From Sphingomonadales bacterium (GTDB lineage Bacteria; Pseudomonadota; Alphaproteobacteria; Sphingomonadales; Sphingomonadaceae), in the NCBI GenBank assembly GCA_044508875.1, contig JBIQHE010000020.1, positions 3,402 to 67,401 on the forward strand: a stretch of DNA of 64,000 nucleotides, written 5' to 3'. The position numbers and the translations under genes were made by a program. Below, in pieces: positions 26,260 to 36,093 of this stretch; position 1 is the first letter of the stretch, and every line of letters starts with the position of its first letter. The notes below the pieces were generated by a model, which ran no database searches, had not been told where the DNA came from, and saw nothing but the letters and a program-made list of their open reading frames with translations.

Positions 26260-26928
26260 TCAGGAACAGCTCGACTTGGGCGCCGCGGGCGAGGGGTTGT
26301 AAACCTTGGTGAGGTCCCGCGCCTCGCGGATGTTGAACGCCGCAGTCGACCGGATGGTCCGCGGACCCAACCATTTGCCATAGAGAAGCGGCTGATATTC
26401 GTACACGATCTCGACGAACATGACGGCCGTTCCCGCCGCCGCCGTCACTTCCGCATCCTTGGGTCCCATTCCTGGAAAACCGGTCCCGGTTTCTCCGTCA
26501 CCCTCTTTTCCGTAGCTGGATTCGACCTTGAGGTCACCGTAGCAACGCTGCCAGTGAACCCACTGTCCGCCATCGCTGTTGCGCTCAAGGCTCGACAGGA
26601 TGATTCGGCCGTGCTGCTTGAAATCCAGTTTGCCGGCCTGCTTTTCGACCCCGGTGAACACGTCGTTGATGTCGGCTTCGCGCACCTGCGGCTGCGCGAG
26701 ATTGCTCCCCGAGGCGATGCGGGAGGCATTGTCCGCGGTATTGAGGCCCAGCTGGCTGATACGCGTATGGGTGAGCGTCAGATTGGCAATTTCAATGCCG
26801 CCGAGGCCGACCAGCACCAGGAAAGGAATGGCGAGCGCCATTTCGATAATGACGGCCCCGCGGACATTGCGCGCGATCGGTGCGAGCATGGAGCGAAGGC
26901 GCAGGAAAAAAGGCACGCGGGCGGTCAT
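26260..26928 (-). CDS. TadE/TadG-like pilus-assembly (pseudopilin-like) protein
   Basis: N-terminal RGAVIIEMALAIPFLVLVGLGGIEI is a TadE-type hydrophobic segment. ATG 26928 overlaps the upstream stop (ATGA). Confidence 0.7.
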   Translation of the reverse strand: MTARVPFFLRLRSMLAPIARNVRGAVIIEMALAIPFLVLVGLGGIEIANLTLTHTRISQLGLNTADNASRIASGSNLAQPQVREADINDVFTGVEKQAGKLDFKQHGRIILSSLERNSDGGQWVHWQRCYGDLKVESSYGKEGDGETGTGFPGMGPKDAEVTAAAGTAVMFVEIVYEYQPLLYGKWLGPRTIRSTAAFNIREARDLTKVYNPSPAAPKSSCS

Positions 26929-27521
26929 GGGCAGCTGTCCGGCGGAGCGTCGGAACCGGACGCAAACGGCTGGTTCCGCAGCACTGTGGTATAGGAAAGC
27001 GTCACCGACTGGGGCTGACCGAGCATTCGCCAAACGGGCAGAACGCGATCGAACGTCATCGAGGCGGTATAAAGAACAATATCATCGGCGCCGCCATTGC
27101 CCGTGCGGCCGCGATCGGGGTCCCAGCGACCGTTGCCATTGCTGTCATCATAGCACTCGCCAACGTCATAGCTGCCGTTGCCGTTGGCGTCGGTGTAGCG
27201 CTCCTCGACCCCGACCTCGCTGAACTGGTCGTAAGCCTTTCGGCTGAAGCTCACATCGGCGCTCGGAAAAACGCGCTGCACCTGATCCCGAACGCGCGTG
27301 TCGAGAGCATTCTGGTCCGCGGCGTAGATTTCGAGCGTCGCGTCGCGTCCAGCGTCGCTGACCGATCCCTGCAGCACCTGCTGCGCATACATTTGCCAGG
27401 AATAGTCAAAAATGCCCATCAGGACGAGCAGGAAGAGCGGTGCCGTCAGCGCGAACTCGACGAGCGCGACAGCCCGCTCCTCGCGGCACAATCGTTGCAG
27501 CAGGCTCGCCCCGCGCATCAT
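26925..27521 (-). CDS. TadE-like protein with Asp/Asn/Gly-rich Ca-binding-like repeats
   Basis: 198 aa. N-terminal RAVALVEFALTAPLFLLVLMGIFDY, and DANGNGSYDVGECYDDSNGNGRWDPDRGRTGNGGADD in the C-terminal half. Confidence 0.7.
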   Translation of the reverse strand: MMRGASLLQRLCREERAVALVEFALTAPLFLLVLMGIFDYSWQMYAQQVLQGSVSDAGRDATLEIYAADQNALDTRVRDQVQRVFPSADVSFSRKAYDQFSEVGVEERYTDANGNGSYDVGECYDDSNGNGRWDPDRGRTGNGGADDIVLYTASMTFDRVLPVWRMLGQPQSVTLSYTTVLRNQPFASGSDAPPDSCP

Positions 27522-29449
27522 TTCGATAGCCTCAGCTTGGAGATCTGGCGCGCAATCGACTGGAAATTCTCATTCAGCTGGGCCGCGTTGTCCGCTTCAT
27601 AGGCCTGCCCCGAGGAGGCGCATTTATTGAGATTGCTGTTGCTGCCAACTCCGAAAGACACGACCCAGATAGTGACTCCGCGCTCGCGGGCCGCCTTGCA
27701 CAGCTGAACAAAGCGATTGTTGTGACGCGCGATCGCATCATCGTCACTGGTCGCGCCGATGCGCGGCATCGATCTTTCCTGCCCCTGGTGCGACAGATTC
27801 GATCGCGGGGTCCTCATGTCGCCGTCGGTCATGAAGATGATGTGGCGGCTGATCGGCCGGCCGTTCGCAGCCGCCTCATTTTCTTCCTGGAACAACCCGG
27901 TCGGAGATATGAGCCGTGCGCCCCACGCCATGCCGGCGTCATGGTAGGTATATCCCCTGGGCTGCAGCGAGTTGATGTAGGCGGCGAAGGTGCTCGCATC
28001 ATCCTTGGTCATCTCGGTGAGATTCATCGCCGGCACCGGGCAAGCGGCATAGTCGCCGCCCTTCGCAACGAAGTTCTTGTAGTTGCTCGTCGTCGTCAGC
28101 GGGCTCGTTTGCGAACGGTCGTAGGTGACGTCGGGAAGGAAGAGTTTCCAGCGCGTATCATCGTCGCTCGCGTCAGGCACCAGGTCGATATCCATATCAT
28201 AGGCGTCAGACGGCGCGGTCTTGGTGGAAGAAAAGGCCGTCGTTCCGCGCTCGATGATGCATCCCGCCCAGGAAACATTCGCATCGACGCCATTGTTTCC
28301 CGTGTTGGTGACAAGCGTCGTCCCCGTCTTCAGGTAACTGACATCAAATGAGCGATTCTGGTAGGTATAGTTCTTGAAAGTCTGAACCGGTTCCTCGGTC
28401 ACCGTTTCCTTGTAGGTCCGAGTGAAGGTCATTACCCGTTCCTGCAACTTGCACTTGTTGCCGGACATTACATATTGATAATTATAATATGTGTATTTCT
28501 GATTTTTGTCGTAGGTTGTGATGCGATTGCCATCGCCATCGACATATTGTGCGGTCTGATTGCGGGTCGGCTTGTTGCTCCCTGTGGTGGGCGTCGTATC
28601 GGGGGGAGGTGTTGAGCTGCTGCTGCACAGGCCCTTGTCGACGTTCGAGCCGCTGCTCCAGCTCCCCGCCGTCGTCGTGCCGTCGGTATAGATGTCGCTT
28701 ACTTCGGTCGATGCATTGCCGAAGGTCACCGTGAAGTTGGGAACACGCGACGGCAGCGTCACCTGGTCCGCCAACCAGTCGGGATTTTTTGCCATCAATA
28801 TTCCGCCGACGTTGACCGACGAACTATAAGGCACGACACCGAAGCGAATTCGCCCGTCGCCGATATCGGCATCGGTCAATGTACCGAAGAAGTCGATCGC
28901 CGCCGCGCGCAAACCTTCGATCTTGGTTACCGTATCGCCGCTGTTCGCGCTCGACATCGACCCCGTCACGTCGAGCACCAGCATGACGTCGACATTCGAA
29001 ATCTCGAGCTTCGCCGTGCAGTTGACGGTGAGGTCGAACTGGTTCTTGCCGAATATATACATCAGGGCCGTCGGCAAGACCGCGCTCGCGGTGCCCGCGA
29101 CGTCCGATTTACCCGAGGCCTCGGACTCAAAGCGGATACTGTGACTGCCGTAACTGTCCGCCGGATAATTGAAATTGAACATCTTGTCGGCTTCAGCCTG
29201 GGCGGCCGAACTATAGATGCCGCCCGCCATCGCGCGGCGCCCGGCGAGCACGCCGGCGTCGCACGCCTGCTGGAGCCGCAGCTCGGCCATATAGGCACGC
29301 CCGATATCGACCGCTGAACCGACGAAGCCGATCAGCGGCACAACGGCCGCCGCTGTCAGGAACATGGCGTTACCGCGCTGGTCGCGAAGCAGCTTGTTCG
29401 CGCCTTGATGGAAACGACGGAAGATGGTCCCTCGCATGGTCTCTAACAC
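27518..29449 (-). CDS. TadG-like protein with von Willebrand factor A domain
   Basis: 643 aa. N-terminal GNAMFLTAAAVVPLIGFVGSAVDIGRAY...QQACDAGVLAG is the Tad N-terminal domain. MIDAS-like LVLDVTGSMS plus FMTDGDM. Confidence 0.8.
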   Translation of the reverse strand: MLETMRGTIFRRFHQGANKLLRDQRGNAMFLTAAAVVPLIGFVGSAVDIGRAYMAELRLQQACDAGVLAGRRAMAGGIYSSAAQAEADKMFNFNYPADSYGSHSIRFESEASGKSDVAGTASAVLPTALMYIFGKNQFDLTVNCTAKLEISNVDVMLVLDVTGSMSSANSGDTVTKIEGLRAAAIDFFGTLTDADIGDGRIRFGVVPYSSSVNVGGILMAKNPDWLADQVTLPSRVPNFTVTFGNASTEVSDIYTDGTTTAGSWSSGSNVDKGLCSSSSTPPPDTTPTTGSNKPTRNQTAQYVDGDGNRITTYDKNQKYTYYNYQYVMSGNKCKLQERVMTFTRTYKETVTEEPVQTFKNYTYQNRSFDVSYLKTGTTLVTNTGNNGVDANVSWAGCIIERGTTAFSSTKTAPSDAYDMDIDLVPDASDDDTRWKLFLPDVTYDRSQTSPLTTTSNYKNFVAKGGDYAACPVPAMNLTEMTKDDASTFAAYINSLQPRGYTYHDAGMAWGARLISPTGLFQEENEAAANGRPISRHIIFMTDGDMRTPRSNLSHQGQERSMPRIGATSDDDAIARHNNRFVQLCKAARERGVTIWVVSFGVGSNSNLNKCASSGQAYEADNAAQLNENFQSIARQISKLRLSK

Positions 29450-29644
29450 CCCCCAAGACCAGGCACGCGGCCCACTCAGATGCGTGGCTGGTATCGTGCA
29501 CCTAAGCCCGAACTGCTTACCAAAAAGCTAATCGCACCCGCGCCCGAATGGCTTATCGCGCACGCCTCTGCTCCGAATTGGAACAGCGGGTCGCTGCGCT
29601 GCGCCGGCTGGGCAAAGCGGCATGCATCGGCTATCCCCCACGCC

Positions 29645-30403
29645 ATGCCCGCGACACCCGCCTGGCCACCCGCCAGCACGCCCCGCCTGTTCGTCGACCA
29701 GCCGCTCGGTCCGGAAAGCGCGCCGGTGATCGAGGGGCCGGCGGCGCATTATCTGCTCCACGTCATGCGCGCGAGGGCGGGCGATCCGCTGCTTCTTTTC
29801 GACAATCGCAGCGGCGAGTGGCTCGCCAGCATCGCCGAGGCAGGCAAGAGGTCACTGGCCGTCCGGGTCGAGCGGCAAACGCGTCCGCTCGAACGCGTGC
29901 CTGACTTCTGGCTCTGCTTCGCGCCGGTCAAGAAGTCGCGGCTCGACTGGATCATCGAAAAGGCGACCGAACTCGGCGTCGCGCGTCTGCAACCCGTCAT
30001 TACCGAACGCACGATTGTCGAGCGCGTCAAACGCGAGCGGATCGAGGCGCAGATCGTCGAGGCGTGCGAGCAGTGCGGCCGCACCGCACTCCCCGAACTC
30101 GGCGAGCCGGTGAAGCTTGTGCAGCTGCTGAAGGCCTGGCCTCCGGAGCGCACACTGCTCTTCGCCGACGAAGCCGGAGGCATCCCGCTCCCCCACGCGG
30201 ACGCGCCCGCCCCCGCCGCGCTTCTCACAGGGCCCGAGGGAGGTTTCACCGACCGGGAGCGCGGGGCACTGCTTGCCCTGCCCGCGGTACGCCGGATCAC
30301 GCTTGGTCCACGTGTTCTGCGCGCCGAGACCGCGGCTATCGCCGCAACCGGCATCTGGATGGCGGCGTGCGGGGATTGGGGCACAACGGGCTTGGCCGAG
30401 TGA
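29645..30403 (+). CDS. rsmE: 16S rRNA (uracil1498-N3)-methyltransferase
   Basis: The ORF track's frame is trimmed to ATG 29645. RLFVDQPL..., C-terminal LLTGPEGGFTDRE and LGPRVLRAETAA. Confidence 0.85.
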   Translation: MPATPAWPPASTPRLFVDQPLGPESAPVIEGPAAHYLLHVMRARAGDPLLLFDNRSGEWLASIAEAGKRSLAVRVERQTRPLERVPDFWLCFAPVKKSRLDWIIEKATELGVARLQPVITERTIVERVKRERIEAQIVEACEQCGRTALPELGEPVKLVQLLKAWPPERTLLFADEAGGIPLPHADAPAPAALLTGPEGGFTDRERGALLALPAVRRITLGPRVLRAETAAIAATGIWMAACGDWGTTGLAE

Positions 30404-30452
30404 TGCAATCACCCACTGGTCAGATCGCTCGCTGCACCCTAAATGCTCGCGC

Positions 30453-31826
30453 ATGAGCACGCGGCAGGTTTCAGATCGAGACGATCCCATCATCGAAAGC
30501 CGCGACCAGCTCGCGGCGCCCATGGCCAAGGGCGAAAAGCCCCGCGAGATGTGGCGCATCGGCACCGAGCACGAGAAATTCGTCTATCGCACCGAGGACC
30601 ATCGCGCGCCCTCCTATGACGAGCCCGGAGGTATCCGCGACCTTTTGATGGCGCTCACCCGCTTCGGGTGGGAGCCGGTGATCGAGGGCGGCCATGTCAT
30701 CGCGCTCGCCGGCAGCGACGGCACGGTCAGCCTCGAGCCTGCCGGGCAATTAGAGCTTTCGGGCGCGCCGCTCGAAAATCTCCATCAGACCTGCGCGGAG
30801 ACGGGCCGGCATTTGAAACAGGTCAAGGAAGTTGGCGCCGAACTCGGCCTCGGCTTCCTCGGCCTTGGCATGTGGCCCGACAAGACGCGCGGCGAACTGC
30901 CGATCATGCCCAAGGGCCGCTACAAGATCATGCTCGACCACATGCCGCGCGTTGGCACCCTGGGCCTCGACATGATGCTGCGCACCTGTACCATCCAGAC
31001 CAACCTCGACTATGAGAGCGAGGCCGACATGGTACAGAAATTCCGCGTCGGTCTCGCCCTTCAGCCTCTCGCGACGGCGCTCTTCGCTTCCTCACCCTTC
31101 ACCGAGGGGAAGCCCAACGGCTATATGTCGTACCGCAGCCACATCTGGACCGACACCGACCCCGCGCGCACGGGCATGCTGCCCTTCGTGTTCGAGGACG
31201 GGTTCGGCTACGACCGCTATGTCGACTATATGCTCGACGTCCCGATGTATTTCGTGTTCCGCGACGGCCAATATATTGACGCGGCCGGGCAGAGTTTTCG
31301 CGACTTCCTGAAGGGCGAACTCCCTGCGCTGCCGGGCGAGCTTCCGCGTCTTTCCGACTGGACCGACCATCTCTCCACCGCCTTCCCCGAGGTCCGGCTG
31401 AAAAGCTTCCTCGAAATGCGCGGAGCCGACGGCGGGCCGTGGAATCGCATCTGCGCGCTTCCCGCCCTGTGGGTCGGACTACTCTACGACCAGGGCGCGC
31501 TCGACGCGGCCTGGGACCTGGTGAAGGGCTGGAGCATCGAGGATCAGCAACGGCTGCGCGACGCGGTGCCACGGGACGGCCTCGACGCCCCGGCGCCCGG
31601 CGGCGGCACCGTCGGCGACCTTGCGCACACGGTACTCGACATCGCCGCGGCCGGCCTCGCGGCCCGGGGCGAGGTCAATTCAATGGGCGACAATGAAGTC
31701 GGCTTCCTCGAGCCGCTCCGCCGTATCGCCAAAAGCGGCAAGTCGCCCGCGCACGACCTGCTCGACCGATATGAAGGAGCCTGGGGGCACGACTTGTCGA
31801 ACCTCTACGACGAGCTCAGCTTCTGA
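30453..31826 (+). CDS. gshA: Glutamate--cysteine ligase, plant/alphaproteobacterial type (GCS2)
   Basis: 457 aa from ATG 30453. [17 protein letters not shown] and [16 protein letters not shown] are typical of the GSH1-like family. Confidence 0.85.
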   Translation: MSTRQVSDRDDPIIESRDQLAAPMAKGEKPREMWRIGTEHEKFVYRTEDHRAPSYDEPGGIRDLLMALTRFGWEPVIEGGHVIALAGSDGTVSLEPAGQLELSGAPLENLHQTCAETGRHLKQVKEVGAELGLGFLGLGMWPDKTRGELPIMPKGRYKIMLDHMPRVGTLGLDMMLRTCTIQTNLDYESEADMVQKFRVGLALQPLATALFASSPFTEGKPNGYMSYRSHIWTDTDPARTGMLPFVFEDGFGYDRYVDYMLDVPMYFVFRDGQYIDAAGQSFRDFLKGELPALPGELPRLSDWTDHLSTAFPEVRLKSFLEMRGADGGPWNRICALPALWVGLLYDQGALDAAWDLVKGWSIEDQQRLRDAVPRDGLDAPAPGGGTVGDLAHTVLDIAAAGLAARGEVNSMGDNEVGFLEPLRRIAKSGKSPAHDLLDRYEGAWGHDLSNLYDELSF

Positions 31827-31956
31827 GGACCCGCGCCGGCGCGCTCATCGGGCCCGCGCTTGCATTTTAACGCGGCGCCCGCTATGCGCCCGCGCTTCCG
31901 CCATGGTCATCCCTGGAGGCGTGGCGGACTGTGCAATCTGTTTCGGAGAAAAAGAA

Positions 31957-32595
31957 ATGAGCGACCAGCTGGTGCTGTCGGCCGAGACGCGTGAACGCGG
32001 AGGCAAGGGAGCCTCGCGCGAACTGCGTCGTGAGGGCCGGGTCCCCGCCGTTGTCTATGGCGGCAAAGAAGAACCCTTGATGATCCATATCGAAGAAAAG
32101 CTGCTGATGAAGCAGCTGATGACGGGTCACTTCATGAACTCGGTCGTGATGATTGAGGTCGGCGGCAAGCAGATCCGCACGCTGCCCAAGGACGTCGCTT
32201 TCCACCCGGTCAAGGATCGCCCGATCCATGCCGACTTCCTGCGCATCGCCAAGGATGCCAAGGTTCAGGTCGCGGTTCCGGTGATCTTCCAGAACGAAGA
32301 AGCCTCGCCGGGCCTGAAGCGCGGCGGCGTTCTCAACGTCGTTCGTCACGAACTCGAGCTCGTCTGCGAAGCGGACAAGATTCCCGACGAGATCGTGATC
32401 GACGTCACCGGCTTCGACGTCGGCGATTCGATCCACATCAGCAATGTCACCCTGCCCCAGGGCGCTGAAAGCGCGATCACCGATCGCGATTTCACCATCG
32501 CTACCATTGTTGCCCCGTCCGCGCTCAAGTCGAGCGACGGTGACACGACGAAGGACGATGGTGAAGGCGAAGCCGAAGGCGGCAACGAAGCCTGA
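31957..32595 (+). CDS. rplY: 50S ribosomal protein L25 / general stress protein Ctc
   Basis: 212 aa from ATG 31957. [25 protein letters not shown] and an acidic C-terminal tail. Confidence 0.9.
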   Translation: MSDQLVLSAETRERGGKGASRELRREGRVPAVVYGGKEEPLMIHIEEKLLMKQLMTGHFMNSVVMIEVGGKQIRTLPKDVAFHPVKDRPIHADFLRIAKDAKVQVAVPVIFQNEEASPGLKRGGVLNVVRHELELVCEADKIPDEIVIDVTGFDVGDSIHISNVTLPQGAESAITDRDFTIATIVAPSALKSSDGDTTKDDGEGEAEGGNEA

Positions 32596-32660
32596 TCCAA
32601 TTGGAAAGCCCCTTCCCTCTCGAGGAAGGGGCTTTTCCGGACCCCGGGAAAGGCAGAATC

Positions 32661-33230
32661 ATGCAGCTCTGGGTCGGCCTCGGCAATCCCGGGCCCCAAT
32701 ATGCGATGCACCGCCACAATGTGGGTTTCATGGCGGTCGATGTCATCGCCGACATGCACGGCTTTGCCGCGCCCACGAAGAAATTCCAAGGCTGGCTGCA
32801 GGACGGCCGGATCGGACGCGAACGCGTGCTGATCCTCAAACCCGCGACCTTCATGAACGAAAGCGGCCGCAGTGTGCGCGCTGCGATGGATTTCTACAAG
32901 CTGGGGCCGCAGGAGGTCACGGCTTTCTACGACGAGCTCGACCTCGCCCCGATGAAAGTCAAGGTGAAGCGCGGGGGCGGTGCGGCGGGCCATAATGGCA
33001 TCCGCAGCATGATCGCGCATATCGGCGACGATTTCCGCCGGGTGCGGATCGGAATTGGCCATCCGGGGCACAAGGACCGCGTGACCGGCCATGTGCTCGG
33101 CAATTATCACAAGAGCGAGGTCGAACCACTGACCGACTTGCTCGGCGCGATCGCCGCAGAGGCGCGGTGGCTCGCAGAAGGGGACGATGTACGGTTCCAA
33201 AATGACCTCGCGCTGAGACTGCAGCCATGA
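32661..33230 (+). CDS. pth: Peptidyl-tRNA hydrolase
   Basis: 189 aa from ATG 32661. MQLWVGLGNPG...HRHNVGF and GGAAGHNGIRS. Confidence 0.95.
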   Translation: MQLWVGLGNPGPQYAMHRHNVGFMAVDVIADMHGFAAPTKKFQGWLQDGRIGRERVLILKPATFMNESGRSVRAAMDFYKLGPQEVTAFYDELDLAPMKVKVKRGGGAAGHNGIRSMIAHIGDDFRRVRIGIGHPGHKDRVTGHVLGNYHKSEVEPLTDLLGAIAAEARWLAEGDDVRFQNDLALRLQP

Positions 33231-33637
33231 CCCGGGTGCGCCCCGCCACGGCGGGTGACGCCGAACAAGCCATCGCGGTCTGGGAAGCATGCGGGCTGAC
33301 ACGTCCCTGGAACGATGCGCGAGCCGATTTCACTCGGGCGCTCGGCCATGAAGCCGCGACGATCCTGCTCGCTGAAGAGGAAGGCGCGATCGTAGGCACG
33401 GTAATGGCAGGTTTCGACGGCCATCGCGGCTGGCTCTATTATCTGGGTGTGCTGCCCGATCACCGGGGAAGCGGCATCGCTCGGCGACTGGTCGGCGCGG
33501 CGTGCGATTGGCTACGCGAAGGCGGATGTCCAAAGGTCGAGCTGATGGTACGCGAGGGGAATCCGGCGGCGGCATTCTACGAACACCTCGATTGGGAATT
33601 GCAGCCAGTCAAGGTCTTTGGCCGGCGGCTGGCATAA
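33227..33637 (+). CDS. GNAT family N-acetyltransferase
   Basis: 136 aa. YYLGVLPDHRGSGIARRLV is the acetyl-CoA binding motif. ATGA overlap with pth. Confidence 0.75.
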   Translation: MTRVRPATAGDAEQAIAVWEACGLTRPWNDARADFTRALGHEAATILLAEEEGAIVGTVMAGFDGHRGWLYYLGVLPDHRGSGIARRLVGAACDWLREGGCPKVELMVREGNPAAAFYEHLDWELQPVKVFGRRLA

Positions 33638-33655
33638 CCGGGCCCGGGGGCGCCG

Positions 33656-34315
33656 CTAGGGCGTTCCAGGACCGCGACGAGGCGGCGGCGGTGGGCTCCC
33701 GTCGGGCGTCTCGGAGAGCTCGATAACGCACATGCTCCGCCAACGGGGATGCGGCCCGCACGCAACGCCGGCATAGCGGTATCGCGCCGAAAGCAGTTCG
33801 AAGCGGTGACCGCGCCCGGGAACACCATCATCGACGAGCAGCTGGCGGATTACCGATTCCGGACTCCCCTCTCCATAGGCGATAACCTCGCTGACGTACT
33901 GGCCCCCGCCGCGGGCCACGAGCCGCGCGGGCGGATTGCGGCCCTGGGAATAATGCCCAACCTCGCCAGAGCGCGATTGCGCGGTGACATGATCGGCGGC
34001 CGCCCGCGCAAGCAGCCGCCCTTCGCGCAGTTGCGGCAGTGGAACAGAGCGACGCAGAGCCCCGATCGCCTCGTCGACCGGACGCACACCTTCGCGGGTC
34101 TGAACGGGGCTTTCCTCATCCTCGCCATAGACGATCAGCCCATCGAACCGGTCGCGATAATCGAGGAGCCGTTCGCTGTACCTGTCCGGGTCGGCGCGCA
34201 TGGCGTTCAGCTCGTCGAGTACCGCTGCCTCGAAACGCGAGGCAGCGGTGAGTGCGAGCAGCATCAGCAGCGCGGCAAAGGGCCGCGATAGAGCGAGGTT
34301 GGCGGGCGGGCCCAT
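33656..34315 (-). CDS. CAP/SCP/PR-1-like domain protein (exported)
   Basis: 219 aa with a signal peptide. ELNAMRADP..., GHYSQ, SEVIAYGEG and GHRFELLSARYRYAGVAC. Confidence 0.65.
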   Translation of the reverse strand: MGPPANLALSRPFAALLMLLALTAASRFEAAVLDELNAMRADPDRYSERLLDYRDRFDGLIVYGEDEESPVQTREGVRPVDEAIGALRRSVPLPQLREGRLLARAAADHVTAQSRSGEVGHYSQGRNPPARLVARGGGQYVSEVIAYGEGSPESVIRQLLVDDGVPGRGHRFELLSARYRYAGVACGPHPRWRSMCVIELSETPDGSPPPPPRRGPGTP

Positions 34316-34485
34316 CGCCCGGCCCTAGCCCCTCATAAATGAACGTTCCGCAACGCGCGGGTGATTTGGCCCGCACCGCGCCCCTCGCTCGGTCCGGCGG
34401 AACCCGGCAAGTTTTTATCGCATCTGGAAAAGGCCGCCCCCCCTCGCTAAGGGGCGTGCCTGTTTCCACACGATTGGATGATTTC

Positions 34486-35583
34486 ATGGGTTTCAAATGC
34501 GGGATCGTCGGGCTGCCCAATGTGGGCAAGTCCACCCTTTTTAACGCGCTGACCGAGACGCAGGCCGCGCAGGCGGCCAATTACCCCTTCTGCACGATCG
34601 AGCCCAATATCGGTAATGTCGCCGTGCCCGATGACCGGCTCGAAAAACTCGCCGCCATAGCGGGCAGTCAGAAGATCATTCCGACCCAGCTCGCCTTCGT
34701 CGATATCGCGGGTCTTGTACGCGGTGCCTCGAAGGGCGAGGGGCTCGGCAATCAGTTCCTCGGCAACATCCGCGAAGTCGACGCAATTGTTCACGTGCTG
34801 CGCTGTTTCGAGGACGACGACATCCAGCATGTCGAAAACAAAGTCGATCCGGTCGCCGACGCCGAGACGGTTGAGACCGAATTGCTGCTCGCCGATCTCG
34901 AAAGCCTGGAAAAGCGCGTGCCGGCCTTTCAGAAGAAGGCGACCGGCGGCGACAAGGAAGCCAAGGCGGCGGCCTCGGTTCTCGGCCAGGCGCTCGACCT
35001 CCTGCGCGCCGGCAAGCCTGCGCGGTTGACCGAGCCCAAGGATGTTGAGGAAGACCGGATCCTGAAGCAGGCGCAGCTCCTCACCACCAAGCCCGTCCTT
35101 TATGTCTGCAACGTCGAGGAGGGTAATGCGGCCACGGGCAACGCCCACAGCGAGGCCGTCTTCGCGCGGGCCAAGGCAGAGGGCGCACAGGCGGTCATTG
35201 TCTCTGCAGCGATCGAGAGTGAGCTTGTGGGGATGGATCCTGAGGAACGCATGCTCTTTCTCGAAGAAATGGGTCTCCACGAAACCGGACTCGCACGCGT
35301 AATCCGCGCCGGGTACGAACTGCTCCACCTCTTAACCTTCTTCACAGTCGGACCCAAGGAAGCCCGCGCGTGGACCGTCCACAAGGGCGCGACCGCCCCC
35401 GAGGCGGCGGGAGAGATCCATAGCGATTTCCAGAAGGGCTTCATCCGCGCCGAGACGATCGCCTTCGACGACTATGTCTCTCTCGGCGGCGAAGCCAAGG
35501 CGCGCGAGGCGGGCAAGCTGCGCGCCGAGGGCAAGGCCTATGTGGTGCAGGACGGGGACGTGATGCATTTCCTCCATAGCTGA
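34486..35583 (+). CDS. ychF: Redox-regulated ATPase YchF
   Basis: 365 aa from ATG 34486. GIVGLPNVGKSTLFNAL, DIAGLV and a C-terminal TGS-like DGDVMHFL. Confidence 0.95.
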   Translation: MGFKCGIVGLPNVGKSTLFNALTETQAAQAANYPFCTIEPNIGNVAVPDDRLEKLAAIAGSQKIIPTQLAFVDIAGLVRGASKGEGLGNQFLGNIREVDAIVHVLRCFEDDDIQHVENKVDPVADAETVETELLLADLESLEKRVPAFQKKATGGDKEAKAAASVLGQALDLLRAGKPARLTEPKDVEEDRILKQAQLLTTKPVLYVCNVEEGNAATGNAHSEAVFARAKAEGAQAVIVSAAIESELVGMDPEERMLFLEEMGLHETGLARVIRAGYELLHLLTFFTVGPKEARAWTVHKGATAPEAAGEIHSDFQKGFIRAETIAFDDYVSLGGEAKAREAGKLRAEGKAYVVQDGDVMHFLHS

Positions 35584-35650
35584 GCGGGAGCGGTGCCCGG
35601 ATTGGCCGCGGCGAGCGAGGCGAAGTCCCTATTTTCTCAAGGACGGGCGC

Positions 35651-36052
35651 CTACGCTTCGAAGGCCGCCAATATGGGACACGGCCCTTTGTCGCTCGCGG
35701 CGCATTGGTCGGCGAGGCGGGTGAGGGCCGCGCGGGCTTCGGACATCTGCGCGATCTTTTCATCGAGCGCCGCGACGCGCTGGCGCGCCAGCGTGCGCAC
35801 GCGGGCGCGATCGTCGCTCTCTTCGAGCGCGAGCAGTTCGGAAATCTCTTCGAGGGTAAAACCCGCGGCCTGCGCCGCGCGAATGAACTTCAGGCGCCTC
35901 AGATCATTGTCATCATAGCGACGGATGCCACCGCGCCAGCCGTCCCCGCCGCTTCGCGCCGGGGTGCCGATGAGCCCGCGCCGCTGATAATATCGGATCG
36001 TTTCGACGCCGACGCCGCCCGCCGCAGCGAGCTTTCCAATCGTGAGGGACAT
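35651..36052 (-). CDS. MerR family regulator, CueR-like (predicted monovalent-metal sensor)
   Basis: 133 aa from ATG 36052. HTH segment LTIGKLAAAGGVGVETIRYYQRRGL. The C-terminal QCAASDKGPCPIL has C-x7-C spacing, like CueR ACPGDDSADCPII (recalled from memory). No Cys at the start of the dimerisation helix. Confidence 0.7.
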   Translation of the reverse strand: MSLTIGKLAAAGGVGVETIRYYQRRGLIGTPARSGGDGWRGGIRRYDDNDLRRLKFIRAAQAAGFTLEEISELLALEESDDRARVRTLARQRVAALDEKIAQMSEARAALTRLADQCAASDKGPCPILAAFEA

Positions 36053-36055
36053 TGC

Positions 36056-36087
36056 TTGACTCCGTACCATGGTACAGACGCTATAGA
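36056..36087 (+). promoter_or_regulatory. MerR-type promoter: TTGACT, a 19/20-bp spacer containing the dyad GTACCATGGTAC, then CTATAG/TATAGA
   Basis: Read directly. -35 at 36056-36061, perfect 12-bp palindrome at 36064-36075, -10 at 36081-36087. Only 41 bp separate the divergent start codons (36052 and 36094). Confidence 0.7.
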
Positions 36088-36093
36088 GGCAGC

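Noticed and set aside
35651-36052. Interpretation of the MerR-family gene as a mercury-responsive MerR
   Set aside because: Only two Cys are present, with CueR-like C-x7-C spacing. The third Cys at the head of the dimerisation helix is absent, and there are no merT, merP or merA genes.
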